Shown here in pieces: positions 53,762-53,899 of a stretch of 53,899 bases of DNA (position 1 is its first letter; each line of letters starts with the position of its first letter). The notes beneath the pieces are model-generated. The model saw only the letters and a program-made list of their open reading frames with translations, ran no database searches and was not told the DNA's origin. This DNA comes from a virus (lineage: Duplodnaviria > Caudoviricetes). The DNA is taken from the IMG/VR virus record IMGVR_UViG_3300012942_000054, positions 1-53,899 of that record. The stretch is one strand, 5' to 3'. The translations under genes were made by a program, and so were the position numbers.

Positions 53762-53899
53762 TAATTGTCCTTGTAATCCCAGCGGGATCACTTTAAGCAC
53801 AACACCGAAAGCCGCTATTTTAGCGGTTTTTTCGTTTATATGCCTATTCCATAGGCATTTTAGCCACCTCGCCCAATACTCCAACCTGCGACATTTTCC

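Noticed and set aside
53886-53899. Eighth copy of the 21-bp palindrome
   Set aside because: Only TGCGAC matches, there is no second half, and it is at the window edge

Overview
The window is most of a tailed (siphovirus-like, HK97-type head) phage or prophage genome. The host is probably Bacteroidota, judged from TAnnTTTG promoter elements, A-rich non-Shine-Dalgarno leaders, signal peptides cleaved before Gln, and a DUF3127-type SSB. The + strand carries early/replication genes at 1-13922 and 46881-53761: pentapeptide-repeat protein, initiator with iterons, DnaB, RusA, PAPS-reductase-like enzyme, DnaA-domain-IV protein, tyrosine integrase and many small ORFs. The - strand carries the late genes at 13919-46398: TerS, accessory block, intein-containing TerL, Com-like zinc finger, portal, protease, capsid, neck, tail, tape measure, fibre-like proteins and lysis. 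A + strand moron (Panacea antitoxin, putative toxin, outer-membrane barrel) interrupts the late region. The most unusual signals are: (i) three conserved terminator-like RNA leaders just before TerL, portal and the fibre operon, one directly behind a Mu Com-like zinc finger; (ii) a 21-bp palindrome at seven promoters; (iii) fibre-like proteins with Sec signal peptides; (iv) an integron-like attC cassette mini-array; (v) two endonucleases that appear to have replaced resident genes, leaving scars. All product calls come from motif recognition by eye; no database searches were run.
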